Assembly (NCBI RefSeq): GCF_009914755.1
Contig: NC_060935.1
From: the human T2T-CHM13v2.0 reference genome, Homo sapiens
Strand: one strand, 5' to 3'
Length of the DNA stretch: 64,000 bases
The notes beneath the pieces are model-generated. The model saw only the letters and a program-made list of their open reading frames with translations. It searched no databases and had not been told where the DNA came from. Both the position numbers and the translations under genes were made by a program. Within the stretch, counting starts at the first letter, position 1. The number at the start of each line of letters is the position of its first letter. Shown here piece by piece: positions 12,451-27,024 of the stretch.

Positions 12451-12690
12451 ATATTTATTGAATACAACTCATACATCAGAAAATGTGCTAGGTGCTTTAT
12501 GTACATTATCTCACTTAATCCTCACAACGGCACTGTCTGGTAGGTTTTAATATCCCCATTTTCAAGTAAAGAAAGTGAAACTCAGAGAGATTTGGCAATT
12601 GATCATAAGTGATACCCCTGATCAGGGAAAAATTGAGAATTAAAGTAAAATTAGCATATCTCTAAAGAGTGTGCATTTCAACTATGCCCC
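12451..12690 (-). mobile_element. MIR SINE
   Basis: attatctcacttaatcctcacaac...ccccattttcaagtaaagaaagtgaaactcagagag. Confidence 0.85.
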
Positions 12691-12839
12691 ACACTTCCCA
12701 AATTTGAACCACATTAAAAGGCCCTTGATAGTTTAGTGTTAAATGGAAATTCATTAAACACTGTGGGAGGAGCTGTTTGGGCAATCTCACCCTTGTTATT
12801 CCTTTGGCCAAGATTCTCTGACCCTACATATTTATATAA

Positions 12840-13380
12840 CTGAATTTTTTTCATCTTCAGATCTAAGCTAAAATGTCATCTCCTAAAAGAGATGGCCTCT
12901 AATGGCCTAATCTAGAGTGAAAAAAAGGGGCCATTCAGTCCCCAGCCTCTGTCACATTAGTGTTGTAGTTCCCCATGTTTGTCATTTCCTGAGATGGTCT
13001 TTTTTTCACCTGCTATGTATCTCCTCCTGCTGAAAATTCTCTATATACCCTAAAGGGAAGATTTCTGACTTCCATTCTTGTGCCTATACCCTGATGTCAC
13101 TCACAGTAGCCATATTATCATGTTCCTCTACTCAGCCTCCTCAAAGTCTTCCTATCTCACTCAGGGTAAAATACGAAGTTGTTACTGAGTTTGGTTTCTG
13201 AGAGCCTCTCCTTTTATTCTCCCCAACTCACTCTGTGCCAGCCATGGTTTCTTAAAAGACTTCAGGGTCTGCAAACTGGCAATTCATCTGCCTGGAACAG
13301 TATTTGCTCAGATATCCTCATCCCTCATTTATTCACTTTCCCCAAGCCTCTGTTCATTCTGCCTGGTTGTTTAGAATAAC
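12840..13380 (+). mobile_element. L2 fragments
   Basis: tcttcagatctaagctaaaatgtcatctcct; tctgcctggaacagtattt. Confidence 0.6.
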
Positions 13381-13387
13381 AAACGAT

Positions 13388-13674
13388 GGCCGGGCGTGGT
13401 GGCTCACATCTGTAATCACAGCACTTTGGGAGGCTAAGGCAGGCAGATCAGGAGGTCAAATTGAGACCATCCTGGCCAAGACGGTGAAACCTCGTCTCTA
13501 CTAAAAACACAAAAAAATTAGCTGGGTGTGGTGGTGTGTGCCTGTAGTCCCAGCTGCTTGGGAGGCTGAGGCAGGAGATCAATCACTTGAACCTGGAAGG
13601 CGGAGGTTGCAGTGAGTTGAGATAGAGCCACTGCACTCAGTTTGGTGACAGAGCGAGAGTCCGTCAAAAAAAAA
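13388..13674 (+). mobile_element. AluS (Sc-like)
   Basis: gagaccatcctggccaa; full dimer with A-tail. Confidence 0.9.
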
Positions 13675-13934
13675 CGAACACAATATATCTTTACTTTTAT
13701 ATTTAACCAAAATTACTTTGCAGGCACCCTTACAAGATGAATTAATTGTTTGAGTCTACTGACCCCCAAGTGTATAAGTTTTTAAAGGAAGAAGTAAAAA
13801 ATTGCTCATCTTTCTATTTCTAGAAAAGAAGTAGATTTAATCTACCTTTTACTAGTCAAAGATTTAAATAATTTTATTTTTTAACCATTTTACTTTTATT
13901 TTTATAAGCTGGCATTTATTTGTTTCCTTTATTG

Positions 13935-14070
13935 GTTCATTATTTATTAATTTACTTTTTTATTCAATGTACATATTGTGAGCACCTACTAAGTATTCAG
14001 TGGTGGAGATAGAAAAATGAACAAGACCCATTTTCTGTGCTCAAAGACCTCACAAAATCTACTAAGAGAT
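13935..14070 (-). mobile_element. L2 3' end
   Basis: tattcaatgtacatattgtgagcacctact...atgaacaagac. Confidence 0.65.
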
Positions 14071-14106
14071 TCCAACAAACTGTTAGGAAGGTCACTGTGA
14101 CATATG

Positions 14107-14582
14107 TGCCAACCTAAATAGCCAACAGAGACAGACTCTCTAAAAGAAAATAATGTTTACTTGGGACGAAAGAACTGCAATTAGCATATGTGTACCATAG
14201 TAAACTACATACATATTCAGGGAGGTAGAGGAAGACAAATATTTTTAAAGAAAAAAATGAGGAAGATTACGTAATTGTTTTGAAATAATTATCACCGGCT
14301 ACAAAGTTCAATAACTAGCATGATGCCAGTCTGAGGGTGGAAAGGCAGTTGCTGTGCAGATATCCTTGCAGAAGTACTTTTTGTGTAAAGTTGCAATGAT
14401 TTTTGTGCAAGACTGTAGTTTTTGCAGTCTTTTGTGATAGCTTTTGTTATCAGGCTCACAAGTGTGAGAGCCCTCTCTTCATAGCCTTCCCCACCTCTAT
14501 TTCACTATTTGTCAGCGTTGTTTGTTTTTTGTTTGTTTGGTTTAACATTAGTGACTCCATTTTGACTCTGACAATTTTCACA
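14107..14582 (-). mobile_element. 3' LTR of the provirus
   Basis: rc starts tgtgaaaattgtcagagtcaaaatggagtcactaatgttaa. Confidence 0.88.
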
Positions 14583-15741
14583 GTTCCCCTTTTGATCAAG
14601 ATCTTATTTCAAAAGCATCACTAATCAATCATCCTATAGTTAGTTTTTGATGTCTCTTGGTGCCATGATGGACTTGTCCAAGGGGCTGGTCTCATCTCAT
14701 ATTGAAAGGGATTGATTGGAGACTAGGATCCAGGGTCAACCCTTTAGTCCTTTAGGGAGTGGCTCTCAAGCTATGTCTGCGTGGAGTTCACTATTATGTT
14801 CAATTTTGTCTGCTCTGTAGTCTTTTGTTATCTTAAAGTGCTGGGCCAACATTATTTTGTTAGGAGTTAGTACTTCCATAGAAATTTAATAAGTAACAGA
14901 TACAAAATTTAGAAAGGTAAAATAAATGGTAATATGACAATTCAAGTTTGCATAATGATTTTGAGCCATGAACCTAAACTTAAAAGTAACCAATCGAATA
15001 AATCAAATGACCACAGGGAATTAGGTAAGACCCATAGTAAGAATATGGTCTGTTTTCTTATTTTATGCAAATGACTCTCAATTTTCCAGAGGAATTTTAC
15101 CAGGTACAGCATGTAGTATTAGCAATAGCAAAGACATTTTCTTATTTAACCAATAGATACTAAAGAATGTTTAGGTTCTGTTAAGTTGCCAGCAGAATCT
15201 GTTGATTGTTAAACTTTACACCATTATCTTACCATGTGAAATAGGGAGGTTAGAGTAGCATTAAGGTAGGTAATAATCCCATTGTGATATGAAGACTTGT
15301 TCCAATATCTTGGGAAAAACTGTCTACAGCATGAAAACATCAACTTCTCCTGGTTTTCAGTTTGAATATCTCTAGTCATGATATTCAGTTTGATGATCTT
15401 GTGGTGACCACACATCAGGCACAAGGCTTGTTGTTTAAAATGTATCTAGTTTCAACTTACAGGGCTTTAGGATTAGAGCAGTTTTTTGTTACTAGCTGGA
15501 GAGTTGTAGCCAAATATTGGATGAAATTAGGATTCAGGATCTAGTCTAGTCTACGGGTAAATAAGAAGAACTTGAAACCTATGAATAAGGCTACAATCTA
15601 ATAACAAGTATATAATAGTTCATTTTTTCTTCAAAATAATATTTTCACTCTGCATTCATCACATAGGAGTCTCAGATTTTAATACTTCTTGAGGGAAGGA
15701 AGTCAAACCAGGGCAGACTTTAGATTTCACTTACATTCTTT

Positions 15742-15800
15742 AGTTTTCCGGGCCTGCTAGGAAGTGACAGTTTTCCGGGCCTGCCAGGAAGTGACAGTTT
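15742..15800. repeat. 27-bp tandem duplication carrying ETS-like motifs
   Basis: agttttccgggcctgc(t/c)aggaagtgac twice. Confidence 0.9.
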
Positions 15801-16022
15801 CTAATCATTCACTGTGATGCTAGGAACCATTGAAGCCAGTTGTTTCATGCACATCCTCAAATGCGTTACTTCAGTCAAAGCCTTGGTAATGTAACCACTG
15901 TTTTCAATTCTATCCTTCTATAAAGAGAGAGCAGATTTTTGTTGAACTTATGCAAGTAACTACATTATCATTAAAAATATTATGAATATTTTTCAATTTT
16001 TGGAGGAATTGAGCAGGGAAAA

Positions 16023-16188
16023 TTGAGGTTTTGGGATTCGGACTTGCTTCCTTGCCCCTCAGCTTGCAGACAGTCTATTGTGGGACTTCACCTTGTGATC
16101 ATGTGAGTCAATACTGCTTAAAAATCTCCCTCTCATATATACATCCATCCTCTTAGTCCTGTCCCTCTAAAGAACCCTGACTATTACA
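16023..16188 (+). mobile_element. 3' end of an MLT2A-type ERVL LTR inside the provirus
   Basis: gaggttttgggattcggac...cagcttgcagacagtctattgtgggacttcaccttgtgatc...gaaccctgactattaca. Confidence 0.85.
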
Positions 16189-17304
16189 GAGAAAAAGTAA
16201 ATACTTCCATTTTTTTTCACAAAAGTATACTTTACCAAAGTGTTGTAAACTATGTTGTAAAGCTTAAGTGTTGTAAAGCTTAAGAGATAACTTTTTTAAA
16301 AATCTTGAAAATATTTAAGTGAATAATCATTGTTTTACATAAAAATCATAAAAACATTAGCTTTGTCAATTACTTAATTTCATGTAACTAAATTTTTACT
16401 GCCTGATCTTGATGATCACTTCTATAAACTCATACATTTCTTCTTTGGAATTCTGGAAATTTTTGTTCAGTCCATTGATCTTAAAGTTATCAGAAGTCTG
16501 TGTTCCAGAGTACTTCTTAGAGACTTTTTCTTGAAAAGCAATTTTGAGCTGTAGCTGATTACATATGCTATTAGAGAATAATTTAAAACAATAACTGTGG
16601 ATGACAAAAACTTAAAATAACCATGGTTAAAAGTCTGATGAAAATTCAAAGTTGACAAGGAAATGTAGTTATTACATGCAGCATTTTAAAATATCAACCA
16701 GAATCATGACTGACAGCATCAAATTAGTACCATCGCACTTTTATAAATTTTATATATGCTTTAGAGTACTTAAATTCATAACATATCCATTAAAATAAAA
16801 CTTTAGAAAATATTTCAGAAAACCAAAATTATGGCATAACATATCAAATTTTTACAAATTTATATAATTTTTAAACAGTTATACCAAGAATACACCAATA
16901 AATATAACTGAAAGAAGATCTAGTATCACATCATTTGACAATGCTTTTCATACAATTTGCCAAATAAGCCTTATCATTTAATATATCTACGAGATGAGAG
17001 ATATATTCTTTGAGGCTCTACAGAAGCCCAACTGTAAAATTGCAAAGTTAGTTGTAGGTGTCAAAAAAGCCTTAATTTAGGATTTTGATCCTGGGGAAAC
17101 CTGTCAAAGATGTCAAAAAGTACAAAACACTTGATAAAAACAGAATTAAAGGTCCCTGTAAAATAATAGTCATTCATTTAACCAGAATGATAATCAGAGA
17201 TCTTCAAAAGCAATACAGAAAATTAAATGAATATAAAATCCTTAACCTTTTTAAAAGGTCAATTTTCCTAAGTAAAGAAAAACACCCTAATAAAGTCAAC
17301 ACAG

Positions 17305-17608
17305 GGCCAGGTGCAGTGGCTCCTGCCTATAAATTCCCAGCACTCTGGGAGGCCAAGACACGAGGATTGCTTAAGGCCAAGCGTTAGGGACTAGCCTGGG
17401 CAACTCTAAGACCCTGTTTCTAAAAACTTTTTTCGTTAAAAATTATCCAAGTATGGTGGCACATGCCTGTAGTCCCAGCTACTCAGGAGGCTGAGGTGGG
17501 AGAATCACTTGAGCTCAGGATTTTGAGGCTGCAGTGAACTGTGATTGCACCACTGCACTCCCGCTAGGCAATAGAACGAGACCCTGTCTCTAAGGAGGAA
17601 AAAAAAAA
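17305..17608 (+). mobile_element. AluJ
   Basis: J diagnostics (gaggattgctt, gaggctgcagtg); TSD aaag(tc/at)aacacag. Confidence 0.9.
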
Positions 17609-17634
17609 GATAACACAGGAAATTCTCTTAATAG

Positions 17635-18006
<372 letters not shown>

Positions 18007-18641
18007 TAACCTGGAAATCAATCTTGATGGAAGGGTAATTAAATTTAATCAGACACAGAAAGAATGTGTTCAGGATTATGAGTACATTGTATTACAGAGG
18101 AATGTAAACAATAAAACTTGTACATTGAGCAGGGGAATACATGGATTTTACTAACAGTATGGGAAGTTTCCTGGTTACGTGGAACAATTCAGATACATCA
18201 AGAAAACCCAAGAGCACAGAATCAAGTTACACTAGAGAAAAACTTTGCTTTTCTAAGTCTTTGAGAAAAATATTTCAATGTCAGGCAACAAACTCAGAGT
18301 TAAAACTGAGGAGAAAAAAAGTTAAAGGGGATGACAAAAATGTTAAAAGAAAGAGTGGGCAGCCTAGCCTAGCAAAAGGATATAGCTTTATAAGGGAAGA
18401 AAGGAGAGCCGAAGGCAAAGATGATACATGACCTGCAAATCTCATGCGGAAGATACAGGAAAGGTTGAATTCTGACATATAAATATGAGAAGTTTAAAAA
18501 AATAATTTTACCTGGAGAAATGAAATGGCCATTCTGAATAAAAAAGACAGCATTTCAAATCTGAAAGTAGTAAAATTAAATATATCTCAGCAAGAAATGC
18601 AACAGAAATAGAAACTGTCTGTAGTTTAGAAGATGGCTGGT

Positions 18642-18952
<311 letters not shown>

Positions 18953-19834
18953 TTAAAGAAACAGATTTCAGAATCAAAAATCAAAACGAATTGCAACTAT
19001 TCTAAGCATAAATCAATACTTTGTTGTTCCTACATAGGGAACCGAATTTTTAGTTTTGTATGTCTTTTTTTCAATATTGACTCTTCTTTAAAAATTATTA
19101 TAATTTTTTTAATTATAACCAATTTGATCACACACAAAATTCTTTTTATAAATACCCCCTTCACAAACCTTACCAAAACTCACAATATTTATGATATTCT
19201 TGGACTCTCTGCTCTGTCCTGTACTTCCTCCTTCTTAAATAACCAGTCATTTTACTTTAGGACAAAAATTTTCTACCCAAGGTTTTTTCTCATACAAAAT
19301 TATTCTCTTTTCTTCTTAACCTTCCTTGCAATCAGAAGATTTTTTAGAAACACACAACAAAAAATTCCAAACCAAATCCAAAGAAATCAAGTATTCACAG
19401 AAATCTTAATGCAGGCACGCAGATTGAAAAAAATATTAAACTAAACCTGTGGCCCGAAAGTGAATTCACCAGAAAAGACATGCCTCATGAACAGAAAGTA
19501 GATTTTGTAGAAGTAAGAGCACTCAATCCAGAAAGACATGTGTCTTTACACCAGAAAGGACTTACCGGAAAAGACAGAAACACTTTTATCACCTCAGGAG
19601 GGACATATGGTCTTTTATTAAAGTGGCTTTACCAGATCCAGATTCCAAATATAGTCAAGAGCTACTACCAAAAAGAGGGAGGCTCAGCCTTAGAGAATAC
19701 TCACCAGAACAGAAAAGGTGAGTCATGAAAGCAGAGAGCTCAAAGGGCTCAAGTGAGTATTGCATACTGGTTCTAAGAATCGCCAGTTTCTTTCAATGGG
19801 TGATCTTTTTCATGTTCACTTTTGTGACCATATA

Positions 19835-20268
19835 CATCAACCTACGTAACAAACAGAGAAAGAAAAAGATGTTGAGGGAATAGAGCATTGCAATGAAAAT
19901 ACGCATGCTGTAGTAAACTATGTGTGTATTCAGGGAGGTAAAGAAAGACAAATCCTTTTAAGGAAAAAAATAAAGAATACACAATTGTTTTAAAGTAATT
20001 TTCATTCGCTACAAAGATTAATAACAAGGGTCACGCCAGTCTGAGTCTGGACAGGTAGTTGCTGTGCAGATGTCTTTGCAGAATAATTTTTCATGTAAGA
20101 TTGTGATGGCCTTTGTGTATGGTTGTGGTTTTTGCAGACTCTTTTGTGATAGTTTTATCAAACATACAAGCATGAGAACCCTTTCTTCAAAGCCTTCCCT
20201 GGCTCTATTTGTCAAGGTTTTTTTGTTTTAACATTAGTGACTCCATTTTGATTTGAACAACTTTTACA
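19835..20268 (-). mobile_element. 5' LTR of the provirus
   Basis: Co-linear with 14107-14582. Confidence 0.88.
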
Positions 20269-21138
20269 TGTACCACCTCATCATTTCCATGGAGAAGCTC
20301 TCCATTAAACTATTACAGAAATTCATTCTCAGCATTAAAAAAATAAAAGGAGAATTCTGGAATTTAATTTTTAAAGGGTCAGTATAATAAAAGACACACT
20401 ATACACTGGTGAAATTTAGTGTTCCTACAAAACATATGTTCATTTTTACATTTCTAAGTATCTTAGTAATAAAAAGGAGTTTTAGTATGTTCCATACTTT
20501 TCTTATTTCAGTGTTTAATGTCCAGCGAACTTGTTACATAATTGATATCTATGATGAAATAGAGGGGAAAGAGTAGAAGACGGGCAAGAGCCACATCTGA
20601 TATTTGTTTGTGACACTATATAGACAAATGGTAACATCTGCTGATTCCTGCTCCAGCCCTCTTTCCCTCGGCCCAACAATTCTTCCTGGGTATGGAGAAT
20701 TAAGAGAGAATACGAGGAATTCAGAATAAATCATGGGAAACACTGGCACTAAATTTTCATTCAATCATGATATTTTTGTGACCAAACAGTTGCATTGAAT
20801 GTCAGTGGAGAAGGACTACAAGTAGAGTGCCTTCAGAAATCCAATTTGTTCCTGGGTGCACTGGGGTTTGGATACATAAAAGAGGCAACATTTGGTTCTA
20901 TTGTGGTAGATGAGGTAATAACCTTAAAGGATTCTAAACTATGGCAGGTCTGTAAAATGACCTTATTGTCATAAATGATGTCTAATGATGGTAAATTTCT
21001 TTCGATGTTTTGACAATCAGTTTAAAGAAATGTTAAAGTTTGAAAATTAGAGTTATATTAAACATCATCTCTATTGTGAGATTTAATTTAAACTGAGTGT
21101 GTAGACACAATACAAACATCCAAATAAAAGGACATTGT

Positions 21139-21439
21139 GGCCAAGTGCAGTTGCTCACGCCTGTAATCCCAGCACTTTGGGAGGTCGAGGCAGGCAGGTC
21201 ACTTGAGGCCAGGACTTTGAGACCATCCCAGCCAACATGGTGAAACCCCATCTCTACAAAAAATACAAAAATTAGCCAGGCATGGTGGCACACACCTATA
21301 ATCCCAGCTACTTGAGAGGCTGAGGCAGGAGAATTGTTTGAACCTGGAGGCAGAGGGGGCAGTGAGCTGAGATAGTGCCACTGAACTCCAACCTGGGCCA
21401 CAGAGCAAGATTCCATCTCAAAAAAAAAAGAAAGAAAAA
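21139..21439 (+). mobile_element. AluS (Sz/Sx-like)
   Basis: Full dimer with A-tail. Confidence 0.92.
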
Positions 21440-22169
21440 TCACTTTGTACACATGAAGAGGACAGTTATTGATTAGCCTGTTGGTGTAGTCAGTATAAAA
21501 TGGCAAACAGAAGATTTCATTCTTGGAATTAAATTCTTACTTTGATCTATAGTGTTCAAATCAACTGCATAATTGCTGAGTCTTGACTATGAAGCAGAGC
21601 CAAGCATACAATTGAAACAATTGTCAGATAATTTAAGTTTTAAAGAGACACACATGCACTTTAGTCTAAAATAATCAGGGCTATCGAATCTAAATATTCT
21701 GTATAAATAAAGTAATTATCTCTTTCACAGGCAACCAGAATAAAGTAAAGTTTTTGTGATTATTCTGGTACGGTGACCCACATAGACATTCAAAACAGTC
21801 ATGACCTCAACAATGTATAAACAGGGTTCCCTAACTCTATTGTCTTTCAGATCTGGAACATGTGCTTTAAATCTCAGAAATTCAGTTTGGGTATTAAGAT
21901 GTTAAGATTTTTCCCTATGCCCATTTTAACTTTTTTTCTAAATGGGTTTAATCTTGTGATTAAACATGAACAATGAGAGGAGCTTACTGATCCTTTTCAT
22001 TGCATTTTTTTGGAGAGCATTGTTTTGTTTTGTTGCTGTTGTTAGTTTGGTTATTTTTAAAATAAGAGTAAGGTCATATTGGAATTAAATTTAGTATTTA
22101 TATTGGCTTTGAAATGCATATTTGCAAAAGTATATTAAATATCAAGTATCTTAACTGCACATCATCTTC

Positions 22170-22622
22170 CAACCCAATTACACTCTACCCATTTCAGGGA
22201 AAAACAACTCCTTGTTTTTGAACCGCAACAGCATAACGACTATGCTGCTATATTGCCCAATTTCTGCTTTAGGTTATTATTCCAGGGGAAGTAATGGAAC
22301 ACATGCTGAGTCAATGAGAGCCCTTACCTGGGATTTTTTTTGAATTCAGAAAAAGTAATAGCTCTTGGCTGGAGAAAGTGAAACAACTGGAAACTCTGCT
22401 GTTGTTAGTGGTCAAGTCAATTGCCACACTGGAAGAACCCATCTGCAGTCAGAGAAAACAGAGTTAAGCTAGTTTTAAGAAGAGAGGAAGACGAGAGAAT
22501 CCTGGTAGTAATTTAGGCCCAGCTGTATTCCTTCCCTCACTGCAGTTGTGTGTTGCTTCTTTGAGCCAACAAATTTCCACTTTAGGCCAAGCTTGACTTA
22601 GGTGTCTCAATTAAACTAATAT
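22170..22622 (+). mobile_element. Old MaLR LTR (MLT1L/M-like)
   Basis: gctgagtcaatgagagcccttacctgggattttt...gagccaacaaatttcc...aactaatata. Confidence 0.55.
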
Positions 22623-25600
22623 AAATTGGCATGTAATATCTGATTATTTATCAAAACCAACACAAACAAAAAACACCATAATTATTACAACATGGAAATA
22701 AATCATTCAAATCACATTTCAATTTATTCCACTGCTTGCATATAAACAAGATGAATTATATTACATAACCACCCCTCCCCATAAAAACGGCTGTTTAATT
22801 CTTTTCACCTGATTGAGTTAAAGTTAAATTATATAATTAAAATTTTCAAAATACTGTAGCTTGAACTCTTCATAGACTTAAATCTGCAAAGGTTTAAAAT
22901 TCGGGGCGGGGTGGGGGGTGGAATGTGAATGTTAAGCTTATTTTTACCTCAGCGAGCTTTGTTGTATTTTAACTTGCTCTACCTCCCTCCCTGGCTCCCC
23001 TGGGCAGCCTTGTAAAGTACTAGTGTCCACTCTTGATAACAAAGGGAGCAGAATAAAGCTAGAACTCTTTCAAAGCCCCATTTCCAAAGAATTATCATTT
23101 TACCTTTCAGATGGTTCCCTAGAAGATCTAACATGAAAAGCTTGTCTTTATATGGCCTGAATCAAAGCTCACCTAGTGCTAATAACCTCATCCTAAAGGG
23201 GCATTTATCAAAAACATCTGCATGCAAGCATTTAATATTGCAGCTACCTTAGATGATAGGTAAGAATTGGGGTGAACAATGGACTAATCATAAGGCTTAA
23301 AAAGAAAATCTGAGGAAAGAGATTTTCTAAAGGGATTTAGAAAGCTCCAATACTCCTAGGAATCTAGAAGGCCATGCATATTCTTAGGGCCGTGCACATG
23401 CTCAAGAAAAACCAAAAAAAAAAAAAAAATCCCTAAACTCTCAATTCTGGCTGACTTTGGGGCTCTGTAAAAGCTAAAGCAGCATGGTAAACAGCCTGAC
23501 TAAATGACAAGAATAGGGTCCTATTGATAGTAGGTTTGGTACTTACGTTGGCATTTAAATAGATATTTGTAAATAATAGTGAAGGCCTCAACACATCCAA
23601 AGCCCATCAGCAAAGACTAGAAGATTTATTAGTTTCAGGCATTTAAGGAAACTTCTGTCCAATCATTAGATGACCACTAAGCTAGCTGAGTCTAGACTCA
23701 ATGACTACACATGACAAAGAATACGGACTTCACAAAATTAGTTCAGAAATTTACCAAACAAACACACAACTAGTACTACAACAAGCAGCAACAACAACAG
23801 AAAAAGAGAGAATTTGATTCCCAGAATTGCTATATTATATTATTTTAAGTGTCCAGTTTTCAACAAAAAATTATAAGACATGCAAAGAAACAAGAAAGGG
23901 GGAAGAAATTAACAAATAGAAAATATCCCTGAGGAAGCTTAGATATTGAACTTATTAGGCAAGAAACTTAAATTAGCCTTTTACATTATGTTCAAATAGC
24001 TAAAGGAAACTATGTCTAAAGACATAGTATTATGTCTCCACAAATATAAAATATAGATTAAATGATAAAAATATAAAATAGAATAAAGTAGAAAATCTGG
24101 AATTGAAAACCATAATAGCTGAAATAAAAAATTTATACCACAGGGGCACCAAAGCAGATTAAGCACACAGAATAAACAATCAGAGATCTCAAAGACAGGT
24201 CAATCAAGATTATTCTATCTGAATAACAGGAACAAAAGAACAAAAAAGTTATCAAGGCCTGAAAGACATGTGAAACACCATTAATCATACCTATATATGC
24301 ATAATGGGAATCCTAGAAAGAGAGAAAAAGGAGCAGGAAGAATATTTGAAGAAATTATGGCCAAAACTTCTAAAATTTGATAAAAATTGCTAGCCTGCGC
24401 ATTTGAGAAGGTCCAGGAACTCCTAGTAGGATAAAATAAAGGAAATCTACCTCTATACCCCTTATAATTTAATTGTTGAAAGTCAAAGACTACGAGAAAT
24501 TTTGAAAGCAGCAAGAGAGAAGAAACTCATTATGTTTAAGGAATCCTCAACAAAATTGAAAGCTAGGTTCTCAGTAGAGGTAAGGAGATAGTGGGATGAC
24601 ATTTCAAGATGTGAAAAGAAAAATCTATCACACAAGAATTCAATATCTGGCAAACTATCCTTCAGACATGAAGGGGAAATTAAGATATTCCAAAATAAAC
24701 AAAAACTGAGAGTATTCACTGCTGACAGACCTGCTTTACAAAATATACTAAACTAAAGAGAGTCTTTCAGGATTAAAGGAAAAGACACTGACTGGCAACT
24801 GGAATTCACATGAATAAATAAAAAGCCCTGGAAAAGATAAAGATATAGGTAAACATAAAATACAAAATAAATGCAGTGTTTTATTTTTAACCTCTTTTTT
24901 TCTCCTCTCTGATTTAAAAGATAAATGCATAAGGCAATAATTATAATTTTATATTGATGGGTACACAATGTATAAAGATGAAATTTGTAAAAATAACAAC
25001 ATAAAGAGTGGGGAGCTATAACTGTTCTATATATAAACAAAGTTTTTGTGCACTATTGAAATTAAGTTGATATTAAACCAAATTGAATTGTTATAAATTA
25101 AAATATTAATGTTAATTCCTAGAAAATAACTCAAAAATATATAGTAAAATGTACAACATAAAATTTGCAAGTAAACTAAAATGGTACACTAGAAAGATCT
25201 CTATATTACAAGTTAGGTAATTGCAAATGAGTAAAAGAGCACCACTCAACGGTCTGATCTAGAAGAGACTCACTTTATACTCAAAGACACAAACCCAAAG
25301 CAAACAGAAGGAAGAAAAGATTAGTAAAGAAATAAATGAAATAGAAATTAGAAAAACAAGAAAAATCAATAAAACTTAAAGTTAATTATTTGAAAAAAAT
25401 CATCAAAATTTAGAAACCTTTAGCTAGACCAACCATAGAAAAAAGGACAGAAGATTCACATTTCTAAAATCAGGAATAAAAGAAGTGATATTGCTACTAA
25501 TCTTAAAGAAACAAAAAGGGTGATTAAAAAAATACCATGAGCAATTGCGTGACAACAAATTGAATGACCTAGATGAGTTGGATAAATTCCCAGAAAGATG

Positions 25601-25627
25601 AAAATTTACCAAGATTTAGTCAAGAGA

Positions 25628-25681
25628 AAATAGAAAATCTGGATATACCTATTGAAATAGAAAATCTGGATATGCCTATTG
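25628..25681. repeat. 27-bp tandem duplication within L1 ORF2
   Basis: aaatagaaaatctggatat(a/g)cctattg twice. Confidence 0.9.
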
Positions 25682-26241
25682 TAAGTAAAAAGACTGAGAG
25701 AGTAATTTTTTAAAAACCTCCACAAAGAAAAACCAAGAAAAAGATGGCTTCACTGGTGAGTTCTACCAGATGTTTGCAGATGAATTAACACCAATCCTTC
25801 ACAAACTTGTCAAAAAATAGAAAGGGAGGGTACATTTCCAAACACATTCTAGGAGGCCAGGATTTTTACCTGATAGCAAACCAGACAGAGCCATCACAAA
25901 ACAGAAAAAATACAGAATACCCTTTATGAATGAAGATGGAAAAACTAGAAAGAAAGCACTAACAAACTGAAACCAGCAGTACATAAAAAAAGATTATATA
26001 CCAGATTTATTCCAGAATCCAAAGTAAGCACAACATACAAAAGCTAATCAATTTATACCCGAAAATGATAACAAGGGGAGAGAGGAACACGTTCATCTCA
26101 ATAAACACAGAAAAAGTATTTGACAAAATCCAATCCTCTTTCTTAATAAAAGCACTCAATAAACTAGGAATAGAAGAGAATTTTCTCAACATTTTAAAGT
26201 GAATCTATGCAAAACCCACAATTAATGTTATACTTAATGGA

Positions 26242-26415
26242 GGTCAGGCACAATGGCTCATGCCTACAATCCTAGCACTTTGGGAGGCTGAGGCAGGAGG
26301 ATAGTTTGAGTCCAGGAGTTTGAGGTTACATTGAACTATGATCATGCCTCTGCACTCCAGCCTGGGTGACAGAGCAAAACTTGTCTCTAAAAATAAGTAA
26401 ATAGAATTAAAATTA
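26242..26415 (+). mobile_element. Alu monomer (left-arm 5' half fused to right-arm 3' half; FRAM/AluJ-like)
   Basis: ggctcatgcc...gcactttgggagg then gaggttacattgaactatgatcatgcc. Confidence 0.85.
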
Positions 26416-27024
26416 ATTATATTTAAAGATAAAAGACTAAATGCTTTCCTTCTAAGATCAGGAACATGACAAGGATCACAACAAGGATTCTGCTGTCACC
26501 ACTTGAAGTCAGGGTAATATGGAGGACAATTAGGCAAGAAAATGAAATAAAATGCATCCGGATTGGAAAAAATATACGTAAAAGTACCTCTATTGGCTGA
26601 TGAGATGATCTTATATTTAAAAAATCCTAAAGAATCTGCACTCCCAAAAAACTCTATGAAAGCTAATAAATGATTCAGCAAGTATGCACAAAAAGATCAA
26701 GAAAAAAATCAGTTGCATTTCTCTACATTATCCATAAACAATCCAAATATGACATTAAGAAAAAAATTCTTGTACAATAATATCAACAAAAGATACTTAG
26801 AAATAAGTGTAATCAACGAGGTGCAAGACATTTACACTGAACACTACAAAACACTGTTGAAATCAAGAAGACCTAATGAAATAGATGTCCTAAGTTCATG
26901 GATTAGAAGATTTACAGTTCTTTAGATGGCACTTTTTTCTAAATAGACCTATAGATTCATTGCAATCCCCATCAAAATTCCAACAACGTTTAAAAGTTAT
27001 TTTTAGAAATGGACAAGCTCATTC

